Below, in pieces: positions 10,328 to 21,980 of a stretch of 64,000 bases of DNA. Position 1 is the first letter of the stretch, and each line of letters begins with the position of its first letter. The notes under the pieces are model-generated. The model ran no database searches. It had not been told where the DNA came from and worked only from the letters and a program-made list of their open reading frames with translations. The stretch covers positions 10,065 through 74,064 of the forward strand of contig DATDZA010000018.1 in the NCBI GenBank assembly GCA_035288865.1. The letters run 5' to 3'. Source of the stretch: Candidatus Nanoarchaeia archaeon. GTDB lineage: Archaea > Nanobdellota > Nanobdellia > Woesearchaeales > GW2011-AR4. The position numbers and the translations under genes were made by a program.

Positions 10328-10915
10328 TTGACACACATGGCAACAATAAATCCAAGTGATATCGAAGCAATAATAAAAACTAAATTTCCAAGTGGGAAAA
10401 TTTCTATCAAGGCTGAAGGGGAAGAACCTGAGTTTAAGGGAGTTTCAAGATATTCTATAAGGTTTGTTTGCCTTGACACGCCTATAGAATTTAAATTGGG
10501 ATATAATTTGGTATTACTTATTGATGGAAGACCAACAAAATTCATGCCTCATATGCCAATCTCCGGCTCAGGTAGGGGCCTGACCCTAGGAGGTGTGCAC
10601 ATAAAAGGCGAATTTGCGGAAATAGAAGAATGGTTAGATCAAATTTCTAAATATATTCAGCAAGGAGAAGTGCCCAAGGTACAAGAACTTGCTAGGAAAT
10701 TTTTAGGTAAGGAAGAAAAAGTACAACTGAAGAAAGGAATGATAATAATTTATTATGACGTGTTCTTTGTTATTATCATTCCTCATTCTGGTGGTATTTA
10801 CAAGAATAAAGGCAACAGACTACTTTATTTAACCGAATTTGATAAAAAACCTATTGAAACTTTTTTTAGATTAGCGAAAGATTATGCAAACATGGTCAGG
10901 ACTGATCAACTTTAA
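10328..10915 (+). CDS. hypothetical protein (195 aa)
   Basis: ORF only, no recognisable motif. Confidence 0.35.
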   Translation: MTHMATINPSDIEAIIKTKFPSGKISIKAEGEEPEFKGVSRYSIRFVCLDTPIEFKLGYNLVLLIDGRPTKFMPHMPISGSGRGLTLGGVHIKGEFAEIEEWLDQISKYIQQGEVPKVQELARKFLGKEEKVQLKKGMIIIYYDVFFVIIIPHSGGIYKNKGNRLLYLTEFDKKPIETFFRLAKDYANMVRTDQL

Positions 10916-11288
10916 TAAAATGAAAATTAAGATTTTTGTAAATGATATTGAAGCGGAAGCCGAACTGAAGAATACTCCGACAGCAAAAGCTATTTTTAAG
11001 ATGCTTCCAACTGACGGAGCTGCAAACAGATGGGGTGATGAAATTTTTTTTGTGATTCCATTAAAAATAGATTTGGAGGGGGATGCAGATGATGTCGTTG
11101 AAAATGGAGACTTGGCTTACTGGCCGGAAGGGTGCTGCTTCTGTATTTTCTTCGGGAAAACTCCAGCTTCAACCGAAACAGAGATAAAAGCTGCTTCAAA
11201 AGTAAATGTGTTCGGCAAAATAAAAGGAGACCTGAGCGAGTTTAAGAGCGTCAGAAATGGCGATTTGGTTATTGTGGAGAAATCATGA
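10884..11288 (+). CDS. cyclophilin-like fold protein (DUF3830-like)
   Basis: ADDVVENGDLAYWPEGCCFCIFFG and the overall pattern resemble the TM1367/DUF3830 cyclophilin-like family. Confidence 0.45.
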   Translation: MQTWSGLINFNKMKIKIFVNDIEAEAELKNTPTAKAIFKMLPTDGAANRWGDEIFFVIPLKIDLEGDADDVVENGDLAYWPEGCCFCIFFGKTPASTETEIKAASKVNVFGKIKGDLSEFKSVRNGDLVIVEKS

Positions 11289-12388
11289 AAAAACAATTAT
11301 CTTCCCTGGACGCGCATTTTCTGGCCAAAGAATTAAGCCAATTAAAAGGATCCAAAATAGACAAGATTTACCAGCCGGAGGAAGATTTGATAATTTTCAG
11401 CTTTTACAAGACGAATGCAGGCAAAAAAATATTAAAGATTAAGGTTGGCATAAGTGCCTACCTAATTAATGAAAAAGAGAATTATGACGAAACTCTTGGC
11501 TTTGGAATGTTTTTAAGGAAGCATCTTGATGGCTTTTTTCTTGAAAATGCTGAGCAGCTTGAGCCTGAAAGGATTTTAAAATTCACTTTCAAAATCAAGG
11601 ATGAGAAGAAATTCTTTTATATAGAATTTTTTGGAAAAGGAAACGCTATTTTATGCAATGAAAATAATGCAATTCTCAATGCCCTTGAGCATCATGATTT
11701 CAGGGAGCGCTCTATAAGGCCGAAATTAAAGTATGTTTATCCTATGATGAATCATAATTTATTTGAGCTGAAAGATTTGAATATTATTTTTAAAAATTCC
11801 AAAAAGGATTCTGTAGTCACTTGTCTTGCGATAGAACTGGGATTGGGAGGACTGTATGCTGAGGAAGTATGTTCATTATCTCATGCTGATAAAACCATTA
11901 ATCCCAAGAATGTTGATGATAAGACAATAAAATTGATATATGATTCACTTGATAAAATAATAAGTAAAGAAATTGATGCTTATGTTATTCTTGAAAATGA
12001 TTTGGTTATAGACGTCATCCCTTTTGATATGGAGTTTTATAAAGGCAATGACAAAAAGAAATTTTTATCTTTCAGCGAGGCGCTTTCGTTCTTTTATCTG
12101 CAGTTTAGGGAGGTTAAGGAAACAGAGTTTGATAAAAAACTCAAAAACTTGCAGAGAATAATTGAAGAGCAGAAGCAGACAATCGAAGCGCTTGGCAAAG
12201 AAGAAATTGAGCTTCGGGAAAAAGGAGAATTGATTTATCATAAATATGCTTTGATTAAAGAAATTCTTGATGAGCTGAATAAAGCTTCCAAGAAATATTC
12301 GTGGAAAGAAATTAAAGAAAAAGTCAAAGGACATAATCTGATTAAGGAACTTAATGAGGAGGATAGGAAAGTTATTGTTGAACTCTAG
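11285..12388 (+). CDS. NFACT-N/HhH protein related to Rqc2/NEMF/FbpA, truncated form lacking NFACT-R
   Basis: N-terminal LDAHFLAKELSQLKGSKIDKIYQPEEDLIIFSF...FGMFLRKHLDG...ERILKFTF matches the NFACT-N signature. An HhH-like ELGLGGLYAEEVC follows, then a C-terminal coiled coil. No DUF814 domain. Confidence 0.55.
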   Translation: MKKQLSSLDAHFLAKELSQLKGSKIDKIYQPEEDLIIFSFYKTNAGKKILKIKVGISAYLINEKENYDETLGFGMFLRKHLDGFFLENAEQLEPERILKFTFKIKDEKKFFYIEFFGKGNAILCNENNAILNALEHHDFRERSIRPKLKYVYPMMNHNLFELKDLNIIFKNSKKDSVVTCLAIELGLGGLYAEEVCSLSHADKTINPKNVDDKTIKLIYDSLDKIISKEIDAYVILENDLVIDVIPFDMEFYKGNDKKKFLSFSEALSFFYLQFREVKETEFDKKLKNLQRIIEEQKQTIEALGKEEIELREKGELIYHKYALIKEILDELNKASKKYSWKEIKEKVKGHNLIKELNEEDRKVIVEL

Positions 12389-12605
12389 TAAAATACCATT
12401 TCATATCTCTTCCAGGTTGTTCTACAACATAAGATCCCGGTTCAATTTTCTCCTCGACTGCATGCAATAATGCGAGACCGAGATGTTTTTCTCTTGGATC
12501 ATTTAAGCTAATCATTGCTATGCCTCTTTTTGTGTCGTTTGATCTGTCTGCAGTTACAACTATATCTACAAGCGTTGCTGTTTCAGCAGGAATTGCTATT
12601 GCCAT
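12372..12605 (-). CDS. hypothetical small protein (77 aa)
   Basis: ORF only. Divergently oriented from the 5S rRNA gene. Confidence 0.3.
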   Translation of the reverse strand: MAIAIPAETATLVDIVVTADRSNDTKRGIAMISLNDPREKHLGLALLHAVEEKIEPGSYVVEQPGRDMKWYFTRVQQ

Positions 12606-12716
12606 AACCCTTAAGGATTTGGCGTCAGTATAAAAATCTTACTGAGATTTAGGAAAGTGTGCTGAACAAATGTTTACGAACTTTTTTTTATTTTCATATA
12701 CAAAAATTTACCACAA

Positions 12717-12724
12717 GCTTTTTA
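12717..12724 (+). promoter_or_regulatory. archaeal TATA-box-like element (TTTTTAAA) about 30 nt upstream of the 5S rRNA 5' end
   Basis: TTTTTAAA centred about 27-30 nt upstream of the inferred 5S start. Preceded by purine-containing ACAAGC as a possible BRE. Confidence 0.4.
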
Positions 12725-12747
12725 AACCGCATATTCTTCCTAATTGC

Positions 12748-12890
12748 CTTGGACGGCCATAGGGGCTTGGTATTACCTGATCCCATCTCGAAAGTAGGCA
12801 TTCAATGCCCGCCGAGTTCTCGGAAGTCAAGCAAGCCTCCGTTTCCAATCGTACTGTACTTATGTACGGGAGCCTGGAAAAGCTGTCCTC
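12748..12890 (+). rRNA. 5S ribosomal RNA (stand-alone gene) with an apparent internal insertion
   Basis: Matches conserved 5S blocks CCTGATCCCATCTCGAA, CTCGGAAGTCAAGC and GTACTG...GGGAGCCTGGAAA. The 5' GGACGGC pairs with 3' GCTGTCC as helix I. A T-rich tract (CCTTTTCTT) follows. Confidence 0.75.
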
Positions 12891-12896
12891 CTTTTC

Positions 12897-13685
12897 TTAT
12901 AATGTTTTTAATAATATGCTTAGATTTTTAAGAGATTCTTTAGTATCCCCATAAGAAGTGTTCTCGATTATCAGCTTCCCATCAAAGCCCTTGTTTTTCA
13001 ACTTTGAAAGTATCTTTTCGAAATTTATTTTTCCTTCCCCTATTACTTTGTGCTCGTCTATGCTCAAATTGTTGTCGTGAATATGAACATAATCCACATT
13101 CATTTTTTCCATAAGTTCGTTAATTTGATCTGTAATCACCCCGTGTGCAATATCAAAACAAAAGCCAGCTTCAGGAATCAATTCTTGAATTTTTATTATG
13201 TCTGATGCTCGGCTGCCTATGTTACTTCCATGAAGGTTCTCAACGACTATTTTTAACCCATTTTTTGAATATTTCTTGAATATTTTTCTAAATCTTTGCG
13301 CAAATAATCTAATGAAAAAATCTATGGATTTCTTATTCTCAATCATTGTATAGAATCTCGGTATGAGCCCGCCATGAATCACGTAATGTGAACATCCGAT
13401 ATCTGTCGCAGCTTTTAATGATTTTTCAATCAATTTTATTTGAGGAGCAGAAAAACTAGAATTAAGATGCGTAAACATAACGCCAATATAAGGGCAATGC
13501 ATTGAAAAATCCAGATTCCTGCTTTTCAGTATTTTTACTTCTTCAGCTGTTAAGATATTATTATATTCGTAGGATATTTCAATAGCATCAAAGCCAGCTT
13601 TTTCAAGCTCATTGACAGATTCAATTACCGGCTTATTAATCACTCCATAGCAAGTTGATGCCCCTATTTTCATAGTGGTATTCAT
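12897..13685 (-). CDS. sugar-phosphate isomerase/epimerase (xylose isomerase-like TIM barrel)
   Basis: AP-endonuclease-2/xylose-isomerase-like barrel pattern (FDAIEISYEY..., HGG..., IENLHG). Co-oriented directly downstream of the RHH-nucleotidyltransferase. Confidence 0.65.
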   Translation of the reverse strand: MNTTMKIGASTCYGVINKPVIESVNELEKAGFDAIEISYEYNNILTAEEVKILKSRNLDFSMHCPYIGVMFTHLNSSFSAPQIKLIEKSLKAATDIGCSHYVIHGGLIPRFYTMIENKKSIDFFIRLFAQRFRKIFKKYSKNGLKIVVENLHGSNIGSRASDIIKIQELIPEAGFCFDIAHGVITDQINELMEKMNVDYVHIHDNNLSIDEHKVIGEGKINFEKILSKLKNKGFDGKLIIENTSYGDTKESLKNLSILLKTL

Positions 13686-13713
13686 AAGTTTATAGTTTAT
13701 AAATTTTTTTAGT

Positions 13714-14517
13714 TTATTTTCTTAATTTCTCAGCATCTCTCTTAGAATGAACATGAATCTCTTTTTCAGAGCTTAAATGGCCGTTTAAAAGACCTTTTTT
13801 AGCCATCTCGGGAAAAACATCAGACTCAAGGCTTGAGCCTGAATATTCGAAAATCTGGGGCTCTGTGACGAATATTGGGGAGAATACAAGATAAATGTCT
13901 GATTTTTTTGGCTTCTGCTCAAATGTTAGAACTTTATTGCCTTCAACCCTCACAGTGCCTTTTTCGCTGGGCCTTGAGGAAGTGGTCAGCATTATGGTTG
14001 CAATTGAATTCTGCTTTATGTGGTCATTCCATAATCCATCTATACTTATCTTATTGAAAATAATATCACCATAAGCAACAAGAAAGTTTGTGCTGACTTT
14101 TCCTTTCAGATACTTTAAGGAATCTGCAGTCCCGTTGGAAGATTTTTCCTCAATGTAATTTATTTTGACACCGTAATCTGTTCCGTCTTTCAGCATTTCA
14201 AATAATTTTGTCAATAAAATATGGCGGGCTATAATAAAAATATTTTTGAAATTATTTTCCCGCAGTTTTTTTAATGCCATCTCAATAACAGAACTGTTTT
14301 TTATTCTTGCGGTTGGCCTGTAGTCGTCCCTTGAAATTTTGATTTTCGCTTCGTTTCCACCAAGAAGAATTACTGCTGTCTTGTTCTCGCCCAAAGCATT
14401 CTTGGCAAGATGCTCTATTGCCTGCGACCTGTTTCTGATGTAGATATTGTCAATTATGGAATCTATGTCCTGCAAAGTTTTTTCGTTGATCGTGATTGAG
14501 ATTTTGGTTTTGACCAT
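13714..14517 (-). CDS. sugar-1-phosphate nucleotidyltransferase with an N-terminal ribbon-helix-helix-like motif
   Basis: N-terminus KISITINEKTLQDIDSIID...RSQAIEHL looks RHH/CopG-like. Then AVILLGGNEAK...GTADSL...VAYGDIIF is a GlmU/RmlA-like nucleotidyltransferase core. Confidence 0.6.
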   Translation of the reverse strand: MVKTKISITINEKTLQDIDSIIDNIYIRNRSQAIEHLAKNALGENKTAVILLGGNEAKIKISRDDYRPTARIKNSSVIEMALKKLRENNFKNIFIIARHILLTKLFEMLKDGTDYGVKINYIEEKSSNGTADSLKYLKGKVSTNFLVAYGDIIFNKISIDGLWNDHIKQNSIATIMLTTSSRPSEKGTVRVEGNKVLTFEQKPKKSDIYLVFSPIFVTEPQIFEYSGSSLESDVFPEMAKKGLLNGHLSSEKEIHVHSKRDAEKLRK

Positions 14518-14543
14518 TTTGTTTAGTTATACAGTTTTTATTT

Positions 14544-14960
14544 TTAGTGCATTCTAAATTCTTTTACTATATGATGTTTTTCTAACAAATATTTCCTAAT
14601 TTTTTGGCGTCCCCAATGACCTTTGTGCCCTCTTTGCCTTATTGTAATGTGACTTGCGCTAATAACAATCCTAAATAACTCATTTTTTGTTGGGTTGCGC
14701 TTATTTTTGCGCTTGAATTTGTTGAGTAATTTGTTGAATTTCCTATCTGCCTTATTTTTTATCCTCCTGGAAAGCAAAATTCTCTTTCTTTTTTGTAATA
14801 TTTTTAGCAGGGACTTTATTATAATATATGCAACTATTATTAATCCTAAAATCAATAATAAATTTTGTGTAGTGTACTCCATTTCAATCATTAAAATTTT
14901 TATTATCAATCCCTTTCGTGCCATCAAAGATAGTGCAATTTTTGATAAACTTTTTCGCAA
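14544..14960 (-). CDS. hypothetical basic protein with one TM helix
   Basis: ORF only. Lys/Arg-rich C-terminal half. Confidence 0.3.
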   Translation of the reverse strand: MRKSLSKIALSLMARKGLIIKILMIEMEYTTQNLLLILGLIIVAYIIIKSLLKILQKRKRILLSRRIKNKADRKFNKLLNKFKRKNKRNPTKNELFRIVISASHITIRQRGHKGHWGRQKIRKYLLEKHHIVKEFRMH

Positions 14961-15027
14961 AAAGTTTGAGTAGGATGAAGTAGGATAATGGTAAGATATT
15001 TAAATAACTTGCGCTTCTAGAGGTACT

Positions 15028-17060
<2,033 letters not shown>

Positions 17061-17207
17061 AAATTCATTATTTTACTTGTGATCGTATTAAATAAATAAG
17101 TGCGATAAGTTAAATTACAGCAAAATAATAGTAATTTAAAATTATCATCAACAAGATTTGTTAATTTAAATATATTCAATTAAAAAAAAACGATTCAAAA
17201 CTTTAAA

Positions 17208-18143
17208 ATGGAAACAATTCTTATCACCGGCGGATCAGGCTTTATCGGAAGCCATCTGTGTGATTTTCTTATTGGCAAGGGATATAAAGTAATTGCAATG
17301 GATAACCTTATTACCGGAGACTTAAAAAATATTGAGCACCTGAGAGGAAACAAAAATTTTAGTTTTATTCATCATAATGTCAGCAGTCATATAGCCGTTA
17401 ATGAAAATCTTGATTTTGTGATGCACTTTGCGTCTCCGGCTTCCCCCATAGACTACCAAAAAATTCCAATTCAGACTCTTAAAGCTGGAAGCCTTGGAAC
17501 ACATAATGCCTTAGGATTGGCTTTGACAAAAAAAGCAAAATTTCTTTTAGCGTCAACCTCGGAAGTTTATGGCGACCCGCTGGTTAATCCACAGCCTGAA
17601 ACATATTGGGGAAATGTAAATCCGGTTGGAATTCGAGGCTGCTATGATGAAGCAAAACGATTTTCAGAAGCACTAACGATGGCATATCACCGAATTCATA
17701 AATTGGATACAAAAATTGTGAGAATATTTAACACCTATGGCCCACGCATGAGAAAAGATGACGGGAGGGTTGTTCCTAATTTTATCGGGCAGGCATTACG
17801 AAACGACCCTATAACTGTAAATGGGGATGGAAAACAAACAAGAAGTTTTTGTTTTGTAAGCGATTTAATTGATGGCATTTACAAATTAATGATTTCTGAT
17901 TTGAACGAGCCAGTCAATATCGGCAATCCCGAGGAAAAAACAATCATGGAATTTGCTGAACTTATAAAAGAACTTGCAAAAAGCAGGAGCAAGATTGCTT
18001 CTAACCCTTTGCCGGCTGATGACCCTCATGTAAGGTGCCCGGATATTTCAATGGCCAGGAAAGAATTAAAATGGCAGCCAAAGGTTAATTTAACGGAAGG
18101 AGTAATAAACACAATTGAATGGTTTAGAGAAAATTCCGATTAA
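17208..18143 (+). CDS. UDP-glucuronate decarboxylase (UDP-xylose synthase)
   Basis: Near-collinear with UXS1-type enzymes: [51 protein letters not shown]. Confidence 0.85.
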   Translation: METILITGGSGFIGSHLCDFLIGKGYKVIAMDNLITGDLKNIEHLRGNKNFSFIHHNVSSHIAVNENLDFVMHFASPASPIDYQKIPIQTLKAGSLGTHNALGLALTKKAKFLLASTSEVYGDPLVNPQPETYWGNVNPVGIRGCYDEAKRFSEALTMAYHRIHKLDTKIVRIFNTYGPRMRKDDGRVVPNFIGQALRNDPITVNGDGKQTRSFCFVSDLIDGIYKLMISDLNEPVNIGNPEEKTIMEFAELIKELAKSRSKIASNPLPADDPHVRCPDISMARKELKWQPKVNLTEGVINTIEWFRENSD

Positions 18144-18224
18144 TTTTTATATGAAGTAAAATTGTCTGGAGTTTTTAAATGTAAACTGAAGAAGCAATAT
18201 TTCGAATGTTTGGCCCACGGCCCA

Positions 18225-19682
18225 TTAAAGAGAATTAGTTTTTGATATTTCTTTTATGTCAGCTTTGATGAAAATTTTCCTGAATATCTGATAATCCTCT
18301 TCTTCAAAAGTTCTTAATAATAAAATTACAGCAAAATAAATCAATACGGCTAACGGCATTATTAAAAACAATCTGAGCTTTGCATAAATTATGAAAGTCA
18401 CCATTATCCCAGTGGCAATCAACGGCTTAATTAATATTGGAGCGAAATTAAATCGGTGCAATGATTTTGATGTGTACCAATAATACAAAATAAATAAAAA
18501 TATTTCAGTGAAAAATGTCGAGACAGCAGCGCCTATATACCCCATTTTTGGAATTAAAATTAAATTGAGAACCACATTGAATGCCGCAGTCAAGCCTTGC
18601 CCAATCATTCTGCTGTTCTGCTGGTCAACTGACGATAATGCATATGCCATCAGATAATTCAGGAATTTGATGAATAAAAACCAGGATATAATCTGCAGTG
18701 CTATGACTGAACTTTTGTATGGCTCCCCATAAAAGAAAAATATTATCCTGCCTGCCAAAACATACAGTCCTGCTGAAATTGGCAATCCTATTATGTACAA
18801 ATACTTGAATGATTTTTTGTATAGGTAAATCAAATTTTCTTTTGAAGTTTTGTAGTATCTTGACATTACTGGGTAGACTGCATTTGTATAAACTGCTGGA
18901 ATGAATAAAATCGCCAAAGCAAGATTATACGCAACGCTGTAGATTGCGACTTCAACATCGCCTTTCATTTTTGAAAGCATTATGCTGTCAATATAGAAAT
19001 AGATTGAGCTGAAAAAGAATGCCATGCCGAGCGGAAAAGCGGTTTTTACAATATTTTTCATAAACCGTAGGCTTAAATCAAGTCTGATTTTTATGAAGTT
19101 TTTTTGGGCTATAATACACGCCAAACTGACCATGAGAATTTCAACAACGATGAATACAAAACTGAAAGCAAGGATGCCATAACCATTGATTAAAACATAC
19201 AGCCCCACAGATGCCAAAATTGACATTCTTAATATTTTTATCAATGAATCATAGAACATCCTCTCGAAAGCCCTGAAAATTGAATAAAACAAATCGGTGA
19301 AGGTTGAGATAATTGTAAAGATCCAGATTAAATAGACAATATATCTTGTATCTTTGGGGTAGTTTAATGCATTGAGCAAGAATATTATGAAAACCCATGT
19401 AATCAGTGCAAAAACCAATTTTACTACGAAAGCATTTATGAAATATTTGCCCGCATTTCCCTTGTCTCTTGCGATTTCTCTTATCAGCAATTGATTTATT
19501 CCAAGATCGGCTGTTATGATTGCTATGAATGACAGCGATAAAGCAAAGCTGAATTTGCCGAAAGAAGCCTGGTCTAAAATTCTTGCAGCATAGACCATCA
19601 AAACGAACTGCAGTATTTTTGAGATTATTTCCCCGCTGCTCAAAAACAATAAATTTCTGTATATGCTCCTGACGGTGCTCAT
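18225..19682 (-). CDS. Wzx-like oligosaccharide flippase (MOP/polysaccharide biosynthesis family)
   Basis: About 14 TM helices with the family-typical layout. Sits in the glycan cluster. Confidence 0.7.
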   Translation of the reverse strand: MSTVRSIYRNLLFLSSGEIISKILQFVLMVYAARILDQASFGKFSFALSLSFIAIITADLGINQLLIREIARDKGNAGKYFINAFVVKLVFALITWVFIIFLLNALNYPKDTRYIVYLIWIFTIISTFTDLFYSIFRAFERMFYDSLIKILRMSILASVGLYVLINGYGILAFSFVFIVVEILMVSLACIIAQKNFIKIRLDLSLRFMKNIVKTAFPLGMAFFFSSIYFYIDSIMLSKMKGDVEVAIYSVAYNLALAILFIPAVYTNAVYPVMSRYYKTSKENLIYLYKKSFKYLYIIGLPISAGLYVLAGRIIFFFYGEPYKSSVIALQIISWFLFIKFLNYLMAYALSSVDQQNSRMIGQGLTAAFNVVLNLILIPKMGYIGAAVSTFFTEIFLFILYYWYTSKSLHRFNFAPILIKPLIATGIMVTFIIYAKLRLFLIMPLAVLIYFAVILLLRTFEEEDYQIFRKIFIKADIKEISKTNSL

Positions 19683-19902
19683 ATCCTAAACCAACATATA
19701 TGCGTTTAAAAAGTTTGTTATAAACAGGCTCTAAAGAGAAAAGCTTAAATACATTTAATTTAATTTTCATATTTGGGGTTTAAATTAAAAAATTGGGGTT
19801 GATCTTCACTGCACTTATTTTTACTAGACTTGCTTATGTAAAAATTTACAAATTATTTTTCTTAATAATCCGTTCTAATCTAAAAAATATTCGAGGTGCT
19901 TT

Positions 19903-20541
19903 ATGAAAAAGACAAATATTTTTCTTATGACGGCTATAATTATTGTTTTGCTCTCAATAGTCGTATGGAGCCAGATTTCTCCAGTAAGCTATCTGCAAAC
20001 CAAAAATACTTCAATAACCCCCACAATAAAAATTGAGGAAACAAAAACATGCACAACTACTTTTTACAATCAAATACAAGATGTTTATGGCAACTGTGTT
20101 TATTACAGCAATTATACGAGCTGCCTAAATACCTCAGGACCATCAACAGACTGCTCATTAGAGCATAGTCAACGGAGTTTTAGCTGCAAGACAGGAGAGA
20201 CCATCATAGTAAATAATAGGACTGAATGCAAGCCGGATAATAAATTTCTGATAGTAATTGACAAAGGAAATGCCGTTGTTAAGAACCAAATAGATTCTTC
20301 AGATTGGGGACCTTGCGTTTACACCACTGAAAATAACTGCTTGATTGTAACTTGCGTATCTATCTATGATGGTGCACATAAAGGGCAATTTACAGACTGC
20401 AATAGCGGCAAAAGCTGCGAGAAATTTGAGATTTGTGATAATAGCGTGAAAACTTTCTACAAAAATTCAAGAGACGATTTTGCAGAGGATGATACAAGCT
20501 TCCATCTGAATAAATTATCAATTCAGGAGGTGGGACAATGA
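19903..20541 (+). CDS. secreted cysteine-rich protein (signal peptide, about 16 Cys)
   Basis: N-terminal hydrophobic signal (IFLMTAIIIVLLSIVVWS), many Cys, and several N-x-S/T sequons. Confidence 0.45.
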   Translation: MKKTNIFLMTAIIIVLLSIVVWSQISPVSYLQTKNTSITPTIKIEETKTCTTTFYNQIQDVYGNCVYYSNYTSCLNTSGPSTDCSLEHSQRSFSCKTGETIIVNNRTECKPDNKFLIVIDKGNAVVKNQIDSSDWGPCVYTTENNCLIVTCVSIYDGAHKGQFTDCNSGKSCEKFEICDNSVKTFYKNSRDDFAEDDTSFHLNKLSIQEVGQ

Positions 20542-21974
20542 AAAAGATTAATTTTATTTTAATCATCACAATGTTTTTATTAGTGTTACCTTTAGGATAC
20601 TCCCAAATTGCAGTTAATAATCTTGAAGAATGTTATTCTTTTGACATAGATGCCAATGGTGTAATGAACCGTTTTCCAGGAACAGTATCAGGAGCAACAC
20701 TTGTGCCAGGAGGCCCGGATGGGAATTATTATGCCTTTGATGGCAGCACATCTTATATCGATTTTGGCTCTGTAATTTTAAGAGATGAATCAAGAGCAGG
20801 AAATGGAACAATATACATAGTCTTTAAGATAAACACTACTTTAGGAAGTACTGTGGGAGTAGGGGGAAGGGAAGATGGAAGCAATAATAATTATCCTAAT
20901 TTAAGAAGAAATCCAGCCGCAGGAACAGGAGATGGCTTTAGATTTGCATGGATAAATGCTCCTCAAGACGATAACACAATAGACTTGACAACAGCCACCG
21001 CTTTCCCTGTAGATGAATGGCGAGGAGTGTTTATAACATGGAATTTAACTTCATCAGAAATGGCAATCAACGGAACAGTAAATGTCACATTCAATAATCC
21101 GAATACTGCTAATTTAAAGATGTATGCTGGTGCTAACAGCTTTGTTGTAGGGAAAGACCCAAGAACTTCTCCATTTTGGCTTCAGGGCGGAATAGCTGAA
21201 ATGGCAATATGGAATGCAACATTAAACGACAGAAATATGAGTGCATTATTTCCAAACGGCAAAATGGCAAATTGCACGCTGATAATCAATGGAACTCCAT
21301 CAGCAGCAGATACAACACCTCCAGAGATAAACTTTTACAATATGACTTCAGAAGGAGGCACAGGCTGCACTAACTGGAATGCAAATAAGTCAAACCCATG
21401 CGCAACAAACGACACAACTCCAACTACATTTTTTAGAACAAATGAGAATGCATTTTGTGCAGTAGGCATTTCTGATTTAAATTATTCTAATCTAGGAAGC
21501 AGCAGGAACTGCACGGGCGGGGAAGGCACAGCAGAACATACTTGCACTTTAACTATTCAAGACAAATTGACCCAAGCAAATTCAAACATTTATATAAGCT
21601 GCAAGGACTCTAATGAAAATCAAAATTCAACAAGCACAAGCGGTGCCTTGGCAATAAATCTATTCGCAAAGGAAACAGGCGCAGCCCAATCAATAGGAAT
21701 TGGCATACAAAACGCCCTGTTAAGTAGTTATTCTAATTACACAAACCAGCAAATTTCTGCGAGAGACATTAGCAATAACCAATTTCTTGGCACTTTTGAC
21801 TGGGTTGCAAGGAAAGGAAATAAAGTCTGGGCTTTAAATTACATCAGTTCTGGAGAAAGCCATGTTGCTGGCACTTTCAACATGACGCCTGTTTTGTATG
21901 TTCTGCAAATGACAAACACGACGCAGCAACAAGTCACTCTTGAAGTCGAAAGGATGATTAATGCAACTAAGTGA
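20538..21974 (+). CDS. secreted surface protein with concanavalin-A/LamG-like domain, sequon-rich
   Basis: Signal peptide. VPGGPDGNYYAFDGSTSYIDFG-type jelly-roll signature. More than 20 N-x-S/T sequons. ATGA overlap with the previous gene. Confidence 0.45.
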   Translation: MKKINFILIITMFLLVLPLGYSQIAVNNLEECYSFDIDANGVMNRFPGTVSGATLVPGGPDGNYYAFDGSTSYIDFGSVILRDESRAGNGTIYIVFKINTTLGSTVGVGGREDGSNNNYPNLRRNPAAGTGDGFRFAWINAPQDDNTIDLTTATAFPVDEWRGVFITWNLTSSEMAINGTVNVTFNNPNTANLKMYAGANSFVVGKDPRTSPFWLQGGIAEMAIWNATLNDRNMSALFPNGKMANCTLIINGTPSAADTTPPEINFYNMTSEGGTGCTNWNANKSNPCATNDTTPTTFFRTNENAFCAVGISDLNYSNLGSSRNCTGGEGTAEHTCTLTIQDKLTQANSNIYISCKDSNENQNSTSTSGALAINLFAKETGAAQSIGIGIQNALLSSYSNYTNQQISARDISNNQFLGTFDWVARKGNKVWALNYISSGESHVAGTFNMTPVLYVLQMTNTTQQQVTLEVERMINATK

Positions 21975-21980
21975 CTAATT

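Noticed and set aside
12659-12931. 90-aa ORF on the plus strand
   Set aside because: It lies almost entirely within the 5S rRNA gene and its promoter and is a spurious reading of an RNA gene. The same applies to the many 60-130 aa antisense or overlapping ORFs in the track (for example 930..1133, 2360..2647, 9144..9383, 15054..15356, 29868..30077), which are shadow ORFs inside well-supported genes.
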